Source: an uncultured virus (IMG/VR IMGVR_UViG_3300020042_010191) (taxonomy: Duplodnaviria; Heunggongvirae; Uroviricota; Caudoviricetes). From it: DNA of 64,000 bases. Both the position numbers and the translations under genes were made by a program. Each line of letters begins with the position of its first letter. Position 1 is the stretch's first letter. The stretch lies in IMG/VR virus record IMGVR_UViG_3300020042_010191; one strand, written 5' to 3'. This document shows, in pieces, positions 47,375-58,006 of this stretch. A model generated the notes under the pieces. It was not told the DNA's origin. It ran no database searches and saw only the letters and a program-made list of their open reading frames with translations.

Positions 47375-47854
47375 ATGAAACGAAATCACTTTCATAGTTC
47401 TGGAAATTCAAAACGAGCTAATGCCTTAAAACATGGTTACAAATCTGGCTTAGAATTATCCGTGTCAATGCAAATAAATCAAACAGAATATCCTTTGAAT
47501 TATGAGACAGAAACACTAAAATATATAGTACCAGAACGCAAAGCAAAATATACTCCTGATTTTGTATTTACAAAACAGAATGGTGAAATCATGTATATCG
47601 AAACAAAAGGACGATGGACTACAATTGATCGTACTAAAATGAAACATGTATTAGCATCGAATCCTGGAATTGATATTAGAATAGTATTTCAAAATCCAGG
47701 ACAAAAAATTACAAAAGGTTCGCCAACTACATATGAAGCATACGCTATGAAGTTAGGAATTAAACATGTTGCTAAGAAAGATATTCCTACGGAATGGCTA
47801 GAAGAATGTTTGAAAAAAGGCGAAGAACCAAAAATAGTTAAGAAATTCTTTTGA
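47375..47854 (+). CDS. T7 endonuclease I-like Holliday junction resolvase
   Basis: YKSGLE, YTPDF, IETKGR, DIRIVFQ. Confidence 0.85.
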   Translation: MKRNHFHSSGNSKRANALKHGYKSGLELSVSMQINQTEYPLNYETETLKYIVPERKAKYTPDFVFTKQNGEIMYIETKGRWTTIDRTKMKHVLASNPGIDIRIVFQNPGQKITKGSPTTYEAYAMKLGIKHVAKKDIPTEWLEECLKKGEEPKIVKKFF

Positions 47855-48034
47855 TTTGTGAAATATTTTTAATATATTGTTCATGTATTGATGAAATTTA
47901 TTTAATTAATAGATTGAAGAATTTATTGATTCAATCGTTAAGCCAGGAATGTAATGTATGTGCTTAACCAATAATATATTTAATAATATTAATATTAATT
48001 GGATTCCTTACAGAATTTTATTATTATTTAAATA

Positions 48035-48979
48035 ATGAAGAATCTTAAGTTATTGCAATTACTTGAATCAGTATTAGGTAAAGGTAAATCTACATCTGGT
48101 AATAATATTGCGTTCTTCTCTCCATTTACTTCACATTACAAGCCGAAATTAGAAATTGATATCAATACCACTCATGATGGTGAAAATGCATGGCATTGTT
48201 GGATATCGGACAAAAAAGGTCGTTCTATTTCTAGTTTGTTTAAGCAAATGAATCTGCCTAAGCAGTATCATGAACAACTTGCAAGAATCATTCAATCATC
48301 TCGTTATAAAACTCAAACAGAAACTAAACGAGAAAATGCTAGCATACAATTGCCGCAAGATTATATTCCATTATGGAAACCAAAAAAGACTCCTGATTAT
48401 CGCAATGCAATTGCATATCTTAAGAATCGTGGAGTTACAATGTTTGATATTTTAAAGTATCGAATTGGTTATTGTGAATCTGGAGAATATTCCGGTAAAA
48501 TAATTATTCCTAGTTATGATGACGCTGGACAATTAAATTATTTTGTTAGCCGAGCTTTTTACAAAGCAGATAAACAAAAGCATAAAAATCCTAAAATTTC
48601 TAAAGATATAATTGGTTTTGATTTAACTATAAATTGGAATGAGCCAATCATACTTTGTGAAGGTGCATTTGATGCAATTGCAATAAAACGCAATGCAATA
48701 CCATTATTTGGTAAAATTATTCAACCGGCACTGCAAAAGAAAATTATTGAAAAGCGAGTACGAGACATTTATATTTGTCTTGATGCAGATGCTTTAAAGA
48801 ATGCTATTCAAATTGCAGAACGTTTTATGGCAGAAGGTCTTAATGTATACTTTGTTGAATTGCAAGATGCTGATGCATCTGAATTAGGATTCGAACGCAT
48901 ACGAGCAATATTAAATGAAACTGATATATTAACATTTGAGGGTATTATGCATCTCAAAATGGGCATGTTATGGACATAA
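48035..48979 (+). CDS. DNA primase (TOPRIM)
   Basis: WHCW, YLKNRG, IIIP, CEGAFDA, CLDADA, DASE. Confidence 0.88.
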   Translation: MKNLKLLQLLESVLGKGKSTSGNNIAFFSPFTSHYKPKLEIDINTTHDGENAWHCWISDKKGRSISSLFKQMNLPKQYHEQLARIIQSSRYKTQTETKRENASIQLPQDYIPLWKPKKTPDYRNAIAYLKNRGVTMFDILKYRIGYCESGEYSGKIIIPSYDDAGQLNYFVSRAFYKADKQKHKNPKISKDIIGFDLTINWNEPIILCEGAFDAIAIKRNAIPLFGKIIQPALQKKIIEKRVRDIYICLDADALKNAIQIAERFMAEGLNVYFVELQDADASELGFERIRAILNETDILTFEGIMHLKMGMLWT

Positions 48980-51900
48980 AAAAACTAGATACACACATTG
49001 AAAAGATAGATAAAATCTTTCATATTTCAGATGTACATATTCGTACATTGAAACGACATAAAGAATACCGACAAGTATTTCAACGTATGTTTGATTTTAT
49101 TGCAATACATTCTACTGGAAATAGTATTGCAGTTGTTACAGGTGATATTGTACATAGCAAACTAGATATGTCTCCGGAGCTAGTTCAAATGTTAGTTGAC
49201 TTCTTTAATGGATTCGAAATTCCTACCATTGTTATCTTAGGTAACCATGACATGAATTTAAACAATATGCATCGTGTGGATGCAATTAGTCCTGTATTAG
49301 ATGTGATAAAAAATTCTAATATTCATTTTATCAAAGAAAATGGGTTGTTTGAATTAGGAGGCGTTACATGGAATCATATGGCTGTTGATAAAACACCTGC
49401 AGATTACATTCGTGCCAATGAATTTGATGCTGAATATAAAATTGCATTACATCATGGTGCAGTAAATACTGCTCGAACTGATATTGGCTATCAAATTTCA
49501 AATGAGCACGTTGGTGTTGATTTATTTGCAGGTCATGATATTACATTGTTAGGGGATATTCATAAACCAGCTCAATTCTTAGATGACGCACGTACTATTG
49601 CATATCCGGGTTCATTAATTCAACAAAATCATGGCGAAGCTCTTATACATGGCGTATTAGTTTGGGATGTAGAACGAAGAACTGCAGATTTTCATGAAAT
49701 TGAAAATGAATATGGTTACGTAACAATTGAAACTCAAGGTGCATCTATTATTAATGCTCCTGCAAAAATGCCAAAGCGTCCTAGAGTTCGTATTAAATTC
49801 AACGGCACTAGTGCAGCAGATATGAAAAAACTTATTGCATCAATTCGCAAGAAATATGCAGTAGAAGACATAACAATTCAACGAACGATGGGGTCAACTG
49901 AAACTGCAGCATCATCTAGTATTGCAATAGGCAATGTTCGCGATGTTGAATATCAAAACGTATTATTAACAGAATATATTGACAATAACTTTCCACAAGC
50001 AACTACACAAGAACAAGATGCAATTAGACATATTAACCGTACAATTAATTCTAAATTACCAGCAGTTGAGTCAGTACGTCACACAACATGGCATCCGATA
50101 TCTTTTGAATTCGATAACATGTTTAGTTATGGCGAAGGCAATATTTTAAATTTTGAAAATCTACAAGATGTTTGTGGTTTATTTGCTGCAAATACATCTG
50201 GTAAATCTTCTTTGCTTGATGCAATTACATATACTATATTTGATAAATGTAGTAAAACAGGCAAAGCAAATGAAGTATTAAACAATAAAAAAGATTGGTT
50301 TCGTGGTGTATTTCGTTTTGAAATGAATGGCATTGTATATACCATTGAACGTAGAGGTACTCAAAATAAAAAGAAAGAAACTCACGTTAAAGTAGATGTA
50401 GATTTTTATACTGAATCAGAAAATTTAAACGGAGAAGAACGCAGTGAAACAAATAAAAATATTCGTCGCTTCTTAGGCACATATGATGACTTTATTTTAA
50501 CGGCATTTTCATTGCAAGCTGACAACAATAACTTTATTGAAAAATCGCAAAAAGAACGTAAAGATCTTTTATCACAATTTTTAGACATTACGGTATTTGA
50601 ACAATTATACCAACTTGCGGCAGATGAAATTAAAGAGACTGCTGGTCGATTAAAAGAATATAAGAAAACAGATTTTGCAGAAATTATGTTGCAAGCAGAT
50701 GAAATTATTTCTGCAAATCAAGATACAATTCAATCTTTAGAACAACAAGAAGATAAAGCTCAAGAAGATAGAAACGATTTGCAAAATCGCATCGTTGAGC
50801 TTATTGAATCAAAATTACCTACAACATATGAAGGCCCAGATATCGATGTTTTAAACTTACAAGAAACTAAACTTACTGAAAAAATAGAAACACTACAATC
50901 AGATATTGAAACTGCAGAACAACGAATTGTTGAAATGAAACAACAAAATGCAGAGCAAAAGTCTATTGTACAATCTCAATATAATCTGCAAGAAATACAA
51001 GAAAATATTGAAATACATAAAAAACTATTACAAGAAAAAGAAACACTTAGTTTACAAATAAAAGAGCAACAAGGAGTAATTGATGCAAAGCAACAAAAAA
51101 TTGAACATCTCGATGCTCATGAATATGACCCGAACTGCAAATACTGTACATCTAACATTTTTGTACAAGATGCAATCGAAGCCCAAGATACAATTGATCA
51201 AGATCGAGCAATATTAACAGAATTGCAATTTCGTTTTAATAAATTAGAAACAAATATTGAAACAGTATCTATATATCAAGTACAATATGATGAATTAACA
51301 CATTATTCACAAACTATTCGTACAACTACAACTAATATTGAACGCAAAGAACTTCAGCTTCAATTATTAGAATCAGAATTACAAACCCGAGAATCTGAAT
51401 TAGAAACGATATTAGAGCGACAGGAATCATTTACAAAAAATGAAACTGCAATCAAACATAATCGACGTGTTGATGTTAAGATTGGATCATGCAAAGATGA
51501 TATAGAAATACATACTGAAGCTATAAAATCTATTCAATCGCAAATTAAAGCTCTATTCGGTGCTATTGAAGTTGCAAAAACAAATCGAAGCACTGCACTT
51601 AAAAATTTAGAAGCATATCAACAACTAGAAACTGAATATAAAGCATATGAATATTATTTAGCAGCAGTTCAACGCAATGGTATTCCATATGAGTTGGTTG
51701 GTAAAGCTCTACCTAAAATTGAATCTGAAATAAACAATGTTCTCAATCAAATTGTTGAGTTTAACATGGTGTTAAATACTGACGGTAAAAATATTAATGG
51801 ATATATTATATATGATGAAGATAATTATTGGCCATTAGAATTAACATCTGGAATGGAACGATTTATTTCGTCATTGGCTATTAGAATTGCACTTATCAAT

Positions 51901-52119
51901 GTATCTGCTTTACCTCGTCCAAATTTCATTGCAATCGATGAAGGATGGGGTTCATTAGACTCAGAACATATTTCTGCAGTAGTTAACTTATTTGATTATT
52001 TTAGAACTAAATTTGATTTCTCAATCATTATTTCACACGTTGATTCTATGCGAGATATGGTTGATAATTTAATTGAAGTAAACAAGACAAACGGATTTAG
52101 CCAGATTCATCACGTGTAA
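48970..52119 (+). CDS. Fused SbcD/Mre11 nuclease - SbcC/Rad50 ATPase (gp47-gp46-like)
   Basis: SDVH, GDIVH, GNHD, GDIH; NTSGKSS, CKYC hook, TSGMER, IDEGWG. Confidence 0.92.
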   Translation: MDIKKLDTHIEKIDKIFHISDVHIRTLKRHKEYRQVFQRMFDFIAIHSTGNSIAVVTGDIVHSKLDMSPELVQMLVDFFNGFEIPTIVILGNHDMNLNNMHRVDAISPVLDVIKNSNIHFIKENGLFELGGVTWNHMAVDKTPADYIRANEFDAEYKIALHHGAVNTARTDIGYQISNEHVGVDLFAGHDITLLGDIHKPAQFLDDARTIAYPGSLIQQNHGEALIHGVLVWDVERRTADFHEIENEYGYVTIETQGASIINAPAKMPKRPRVRIKFNGTSAADMKKLIASIRKKYAVEDITIQRTMGSTETAASSSIAIGNVRDVEYQNVLLTEYIDNNFPQATTQEQDAIRHINRTINSKLPAVESVRHTTWHPISFEFDNMFSYGEGNILNFENLQDVCGLFAANTSGKSSLLDAITYTIFDKCSKTGKANEVLNNKKDWFRGVFRFEMNGIVYTIERRGTQNKKKETHVKVDVDFYTESENLNGEERSETNKNIRRFLGTYDDFILTAFSLQADNNNFIEKSQKERKDLLSQFLDITVFEQLYQLAADEIKETAGRLKEYKKTDFAEIMLQADEIISANQDTIQSLEQQEDKAQEDRNDLQNRIVELIESKLPTTYEGPDIDVLNLQETKLTEKIETLQSDIETAEQRIVEMKQQNAEQKSIVQSQYNLQEIQENIEIHKKLLQEKETLSLQIKEQQGVIDAKQQKIEHLDAHEYDPNCKYCTSNIFVQDAIEAQDTIDQDRAILTELQFRFNKLETNIETVSIYQVQYDELTHYSQTIRTTTTNIERKELQLQLLESELQTRESELETILERQESFTKNETAIKHNRRVDVKIGSCKDDIEIHTEAIKSIQSQIKALFGAIEVAKTNRSTALKNLEAYQQLETEYKAYEYYLAAVQRNGIPYELVGKALPKIESEINNVLNQIVEFNMVLNTDGKNINGYIIYDEDNYWPLELTSGMERFISSLAIRIALINVSALPRPNFIAIDEGWGSLDSEHISAVVNLFDYFRTKFDFSIIISHVDSMRDMVDNLIEVNKTNGFSQIHHV

Positions 52120-52149
52120 ATATTTATATAAAAGAATGTAACGTGACGT

Positions 52150-54597
52150 ATGAAACGCAAAGAAGCTGTTTATAAAGGTTTAGAGTTTATTGATGTTTAT
52201 TTTAATGATACATCGGCTACGTCGCCGGATTATTTTCAAATATCCGATTTTCCAACTCGATTAACTGCAGGTAAAAATTTATTTAAACTTCGAGGACATC
52301 CTACAAATTTAAAAGTAGGCGGTTCTTTAAACATTGAAGTTTTAGATTATAATGGCAATCCAATTTACACGCAAGTTGTTGATTATATCGATGAAGATAA
52401 AAGTCGTGTCATTGCAATTTATATTTATGAAGATACATCTCCAGGTGATTGTACCGTAACATTATTAGCAGAGGCTGCTACAATTAATGGAGTTCCTGCA
52501 CCGCAAGAATGGCAAGGACGTGCAAACATAAAATGGACAAGATCTGTTCCGGTTAATCCAAATGTATCAAATGTATCAGAAATTATTTTTGAACAAGCTC
52601 CTGGAGTTACTGTAGATGAAATCATAGGTGTACAATTAAATAGAATATATTCCGGAAGTATTCAATTCCCAACATATTCTACAGGTACTGTTAGATATTT
52701 TTCATATAACAATCAGCCAGCAGTAGAATTAACCAGTGGAACATTTACAAGTGATATGTCTACGGGAACAATTACTGTAGCAACACCAGTTAATCCTACG
52801 CCTACACCTAATTACGCTGTATCTACAACGCCGTATGTGTCTACTATTAAAAAGATACTAAACCCAACTACGGCTTTATTAGATCGAGAATATACGGCAC
52901 TTAGTAGCCAGAGTATATCAGTACATACTTATAATGCTTTTGACGCATCAACATATTCATTGGCATATGAAGCAACACCTACTTATGTTGAAACAGAAAA
53001 TTCTCAATCATTTGCGTTTATTCAAATACGAGGTTTAGAACCTGCAACAGGAGATGTTTCTCGTGTTAAAGTATTTACTAATAATAATGGTACAGTTGGT
53101 ACATGGGAATTAATTAATGATATAGAATTAGAAGAAACGGAAATATTTGTCCCTAGTACTTCATCATTATATCCGGACAAATCAATTGGCGTTTTTACCA
53201 CTCAAAGTATTATTAATACATATTGGGAAGGCAAATCATATAACGGTATACAAACATTAGCTCCTGCAACATTAACTTGGACTACTGCATCTATAGAAAA
53301 TGGAATGCAAATTTCATCAGGATCATTAAATTTAGAAAACACTGATCAAGTTTTAGTAGCACAAATTAAATCTAGTTATGCAGGTATATTTTTAGCAAGT
53401 TCTTCATATAAAGTATCATTAGATGCTATAGGAACAACGGTTAGTGCAACACCTGCAAAATTAGCTGTATATGTTTCCGGAAGTTCATTTTATCAAGATC
53501 CAACTGATTTTTTCAACCAAGCATTTTCAACTAAATTAGGAAAACGAGTAGGAGAAATTGTTGTAACTGGAACTACACAAAGATTTGATGATAAAACATT
53601 TAGCTTTGAATCAGATTATTCAGGCACTGGTACGTTATTATTAGTTATAGAATCAGGCCAATGGATAGTATCAGATATTCACGTTACATCTGATAATGAT
53701 GCTGGATATACTCCTAATTATACACGCATAAAATCATATGTAAATACTCCACATAAAATTGACAATCAAATTAATTTTAAAGTTGAGTATTACAATGTCA
53801 ATGGTGAAAAAAGCAAACAAATATCATATGTAAATAATAAAGATTGGGAAGGCGGCAATCGTTATATTGATGGCGATTATTCAATGCTTACTGGTTCATT
53901 GTATGTTGCAGATTCATTGCAGTCGGGTATTGCAATTTCAGGTTATTCAAATAGTGGGTTTGTTCGTTCATTAGGATATGAAGGATTTGACTCAGGCTTT
54001 CCTGGATTCTTATTGTGGTCTGGCTCTGCATTGAATGGTCAAACATCAAAAGGATCTGCATATAGTGGTGTAGGTTTAGAGTTATATGCAAATACATCTA
54101 GTTATTTTAGATATAGTACCAGAGATAATGAAATTGATATACGAACTAAAACATTTTTCTTTGGAGATCCTAACACAACGTTTATAAGTGGCAGCAATGG
54201 TTTATTACAAATATCTTCAAGTAATTTTCATTTAAAAGCAAATGGGGATGTAACAGCAAGTAATGCAGATATTGCCGGCGTTGCTCAAGCAAATATTATT
54301 CGTCAAAAATCAGTAACTATTACTACAGCAAATTCATCATCTTATTTACAACCTTTAGGTGACGGAACACCTATCGATCCGTATCTTTATAATTTACGAT
54401 TAGACGGATTTTTAGGTGGCCAAAAAATACAAAGAGTAATATTCGATGTAGATATACCATTCAGTAGACCACTAGCAGGATTTTATTTACCAAATATTAC
54501 TACTGGTCAATCTGGGTTTGTATATATTGAAATAGCAGCAAATCGATCGGTTTATATTGATGATACAATTGGTGATATGGCTAATGCAACAAAGTAA
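52150..54597 (+). CDS. Large virion/tail structural protein
   Basis: S/T/G-rich beta-type composition; late motif upstream. Confidence 0.55.
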   Translation: MKRKEAVYKGLEFIDVYFNDTSATSPDYFQISDFPTRLTAGKNLFKLRGHPTNLKVGGSLNIEVLDYNGNPIYTQVVDYIDEDKSRVIAIYIYEDTSPGDCTVTLLAEAATINGVPAPQEWQGRANIKWTRSVPVNPNVSNVSEIIFEQAPGVTVDEIIGVQLNRIYSGSIQFPTYSTGTVRYFSYNNQPAVELTSGTFTSDMSTGTITVATPVNPTPTPNYAVSTTPYVSTIKKILNPTTALLDREYTALSSQSISVHTYNAFDASTYSLAYEATPTYVETENSQSFAFIQIRGLEPATGDVSRVKVFTNNNGTVGTWELINDIELEETEIFVPSTSSLYPDKSIGVFTTQSIINTYWEGKSYNGIQTLAPATLTWTTASIENGMQISSGSLNLENTDQVLVAQIKSSYAGIFLASSSYKVSLDAIGTTVSATPAKLAVYVSGSSFYQDPTDFFNQAFSTKLGKRVGEIVVTGTTQRFDDKTFSFESDYSGTGTLLLVIESGQWIVSDIHVTSDNDAGYTPNYTRIKSYVNTPHKIDNQINFKVEYYNVNGEKSKQISYVNNKDWEGGNRYIDGDYSMLTGSLYVADSLQSGIAISGYSNSGFVRSLGYEGFDSGFPGFLLWSGSALNGQTSKGSAYSGVGLELYANTSSYFRYSTRDNEIDIRTKTFFFGDPNTTFISGSNGLLQISSSNFHLKANGDVTASNADIAGVAQANIIRQKSVTITTANSSSYLQPLGDGTPIDPYLYNLRLDGFLGGQKIQRVIFDVDIPFSRPLAGFYLPNITTGQSGFVYIEIAANRSVYIDDTIGDMANATK

Positions 54598-54605
54598 AGT
54601 ATTAT

Positions 54606-55067
54606 ATGGGAAGAGTAAAATTACAACAAGGCGGTGTTTATACAATAACTACTCAAGGCAATACTAGCACTACGCCTAGATCGATGACTGGTACAGAAGA
54701 AATTTTTGAAAAAACGTTTTTAGAGGGTATAAATAATACCGGCTCAATGAAAATTGGTCAATATCGAGAACCAACTGGTCCATCACCAGCAATCACTAGC
54801 ACTGATACATTTATTGCAATAGATACTGTATCTACTGCAAAAACCATCGTATTACCAACAGCTGCTGTTGCCGGCGTAGGTAGAATATTTTTTATAAAAA
54901 AAATAGGCGGTACTAATACATTAACGATTAATCCAACTAGTACTACACCAATCGATGGTGCATTAACGAAAGCTACAACTGATGCATCTGCATCGATGCA
55001 AGTATATTCATCTGGAGATAATACTAAAGGATATTATATAATATCTTCATATGGTACTTGGACATAA
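54606..55067 (+). CDS. Small tail-fibre-tip-like protein
   Basis: TIVLPTAA..GRIFFIKK...TI...IDG pattern. Confidence 0.55.
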   Translation: MGRVKLQQGGVYTITTQGNTSTTPRSMTGTEEIFEKTFLEGINNTGSMKIGQYREPTGPSPAITSTDTFIAIDTVSTAKTIVLPTAAVAGVGRIFFIKKIGGTNTLTINPTSTTPIDGALTKATTDASASMQVYSSGDNTKGYYIISSYGTWT

Positions 55068-55091
55068 TATATTTATATAAAACGGAAACAT

Positions 55092-57098
55092 ATGAATAAA
55101 ATAACAGTTTTATTTCCTGGCGGATTCAAACCTTTAACAGGAGCACATTTAGCATTAGCCCAACGCTATGCTCAACATCCTGAAGTAGAACGCGTAATTC
55201 TTTTAATTGGTCCAAAAGATCGAGATGGAATTACTAGAGATAAAACTATTGAATTATTCAATATTTTAAATTCAAATCCTAATGTAGAAATACAGCCAAC
55301 TGAATTTAATTCTCCGATCATGGCGGCATATGAATATTTATTTGCATTGCCGCAAAATGCAACAGGTCGTTATGCCATGGCTGCATCAACTAAAGGAGAT
55401 GATTATGTACGTGCAAAAGATTTCGTTCCTAATGTTGATAAATATATTACAATTGGCGACAAAAAAGGTCGACAAATGCCGGCCGGTATTGACGCTACAG
55501 AATTAAGTGTAGACGTTGATCCATTGTCATATAAAAATGGAGAACCTATTTCTGCAACCGTAGTACGAAATGCATTAGTCAATAACGATTATGACGCATT
55601 TCGTGCATCATATCCAAATAATAATGACGCGGAAGTTAAAAATGCTTGGCAAATACTAAAAGGTGTTCAAGAAGCTTCTATATTTTCAGAATCATGGTGG
55701 ATAAATGAATTGCAAGAAGAAGTTGATGAAGTATTTGCAGCTACAATGAATAAAGCTGAAACACAACGACATAAAAAGAAAATTAACAAACTAAATAAAT
55801 TTTTAGATCGCCAAGGTGATTCATCATTTGTTTATGATTTTGATGAATTTCCAAAAACAGTTATGGGTGTTGTTTTAACTGAAGGTGGCGCAGCCGGACA
55901 TATGGCACACCCATATGATGATCATGGATTAACTTTCAATGACATTAAAGAAATTATTTCCCGCGGATTAGAAGGACGTTTAGATATCGAAGCGGCAGTT
56001 ACTGAAAAGACTGATGGTCAAAACATTCAAGTTACGTGGAAAGATGGACAAATTGGATTTGCTAGAAATAAAGGTACTGTAATTAACCCGATGTCAGTAC
56101 AAGAAATACAAGCAAAATTTGATAACAGAGGGCCTATATCAGATGCATTTGGCGGAGCAGCAGAAGATTTATCTGAAGCATTCAATAAAGTTAATGCGGA
56201 TACTTTGAATCAAATATTTAAAAACGGACGAGTATTTGCTAACATGGAAATTATTTATCCTGCAACTAAAAATGTTATTTCATATGAAGTTGCAGTCTTA
56301 CAATTTCATAATTTAGTTGAATATGATGAACAAGCAAATATTGTTCAAACTGATTTAACTGGGGGCGCAACTGTACAACGTATCATACAAGATGCAAATG
56401 CACATCTTCAAAAAACATTTTCATTTATTCCTCCGCAACAAATTAAAATGGGTAGAATAAGTAATTTTGAAGATCAACAAGCTGCATTTTTTAATGAAGT
56501 AGATCAATTACGTAATCGATATAATTTAAAAGATACCGATCGCGTTACTGAATATCATAAAGCATGGTGGCGAGATGTTATTCAATCAAAAGCTAAACAA
56601 GTAGGATATGATATTCCAGAAGATATTTTAACGGCATTGATTTTCCGATGGGGTTTCTTTGATAAATCTGCAAATTTAACTGGACTTAAAAAACAAATAA
56701 CAAATCCAGAATTTTTAAATTGGGTGTTAGAATTTGATAAAAAAGAATTTAAACAATATTACAAACAAAACATGGAACCATTTGAAACTATCTTTTTAAG
56801 ATTAGGTGCGGTGGTTTTAAAAAATGCTACAAATTTCTTAGCTGCAAATCCTTCGAAGTCAGTTCAAGAAATTAAACAAGAAATGGCACAATTAATTCGT
56901 GATTTGCAAAATAATCCAAATCCAGATACTATTTCTAAATTAGAACTAGAATTAAAACGCATTGAGCGATTAGGAGGATTTGATGCAATTGTACCATCAG
57001 AAGGAGTAGTATTCACATATGGCGGCAATACATATAAATTAACAGGTGCGTTTGCTCCAGTTAATCAGATACTAGGAGTATTGAAATACGCACGTTGA
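55092..57098 (+). CDS. Cytidyltransferase-like domain fused to a KxDG (DUF6267-like) domain
   Basis: FPGGFKPLTGAH, ISATVVR; EGGAAGHMAHP, TEKTDGQN, SEGVVF, YKLTG. Confidence 0.7.
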   Translation: MNKITVLFPGGFKPLTGAHLALAQRYAQHPEVERVILLIGPKDRDGITRDKTIELFNILNSNPNVEIQPTEFNSPIMAAYEYLFALPQNATGRYAMAASTKGDDYVRAKDFVPNVDKYITIGDKKGRQMPAGIDATELSVDVDPLSYKNGEPISATVVRNALVNNDYDAFRASYPNNNDAEVKNAWQILKGVQEASIFSESWWINELQEEVDEVFAATMNKAETQRHKKKINKLNKFLDRQGDSSFVYDFDEFPKTVMGVVLTEGGAAGHMAHPYDDHGLTFNDIKEIISRGLEGRLDIEAAVTEKTDGQNIQVTWKDGQIGFARNKGTVINPMSVQEIQAKFDNRGPISDAFGGAAEDLSEAFNKVNADTLNQIFKNGRVFANMEIIYPATKNVISYEVAVLQFHNLVEYDEQANIVQTDLTGGATVQRIIQDANAHLQKTFSFIPPQQIKMGRISNFEDQQAAFFNEVDQLRNRYNLKDTDRVTEYHKAWWRDVIQSKAKQVGYDIPEDILTALIFRWGFFDKSANLTGLKKQITNPEFLNWVLEFDKKEFKQYYKQNMEPFETIFLRLGAVVLKNATNFLAANPSKSVQEIKQEMAQLIRDLQNNPNPDTISKLELELKRIERLGGFDAIVPSEGVVFTYGGNTYKLTGAFAPVNQILGVLKYAR

Positions 57099-57126
57099 TA
57101 TATTTATATTAAAATTGGATAATAAA

Positions 57127-57993
57127 ATGGCTGAAAAACATAAAAGCAAGTACAAAGCACCAAAAGATTTAGAAAAATCTCAAAAACCAAAAGCAAGAAA
57201 AGATTTAAAAGATTATACTACCGACGATAAAGACGGAGGTATGAATCCTAACTCTACTAAAGACAAACAACTTAATGTACTTCGCAAAACCGATAAACCT
57301 GTACAGGATGACGGTAAAATGTATCCAACATATAATGCAGACGATCGTCTTTATAAAGATTTAGAAGATGGTAACTATGATCCAAAAACTGCAGCAAAGC
57401 GTTTAAAGAAACGCCAAGATGATGAACAAAAAGATGTTGAAGATGTTTTGCAAGACAAAATTGAAAATTTAACTAGAGAACAAAAAGAAGTTTTAATTCG
57501 CGAATATATTCGAAGAAAAATTGCAAAAGTATTACGCGAACAAGCAGCTCCAGAAGAAGAAACACCTGCAGAAGAAATACCAGCTGAAGATCCGGCAGCA
57601 TTACCTGCCGCAGAGCCAGGCACTGATGCAGCTGCTACAGATCCTAATGCCGCAGTCGCTACAGATCCTAATGCCGCAGCTCCTGCACCAACAGATACAA
57701 CAGCAGCACCGGCAGCTCCAGGAGCAGACGCAACGACAGGAGCAGAAACACCTGCAGAAGAAACACCAGCTGAACCTGAAAAAGAACTAGACCCAGCTGC
57801 ACAAGAAGCATTAGCAATTCAAAAATTTGTTAATCATTTACGCGAAAAAGAAGTAGGTAATATTTCTAGAATTAAAGCATTTTCAAAAGTAATGAATGCA
57901 TTAATGAAAGATGCCGAACCAGAAGATACAAATAATTTTTATACACTGCTTCGTCAATTAGCTATTAGTAAATTGCAAAAAAGTAAAAAATAA
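57127..57993 (+). CDS. Hypothetical protein with Ala/Pro/Glu-rich linker
   Basis: ORF after a late motif; tandem ATDPNAA. Confidence 0.7.
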   Translation: MAEKHKSKYKAPKDLEKSQKPKARKDLKDYTTDDKDGGMNPNSTKDKQLNVLRKTDKPVQDDGKMYPTYNADDRLYKDLEDGNYDPKTAAKRLKKRQDDEQKDVEDVLQDKIENLTREQKEVLIREYIRRKIAKVLREQAAPEEETPAEEIPAEDPAALPAAEPGTDAAATDPNAAVATDPNAAAPAPTDTTAAPAAPGADATTGAETPAEETPAEPEKELDPAAQEALAIQKFVNHLREKEVGNISRIKAFSKVMNALMKDAEPEDTNNFYTLLRQLAISKLQKSKK

Positions 57994-58006
57994 ATAAAAT
58001 AGTTAT

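Noticed and set aside
57631..57680. Tandem GCTACAGATCCTAATGCCGCAG repeat as a DNA element
   Set aside because: It is an in-frame duplication within an Ala/Pro linker
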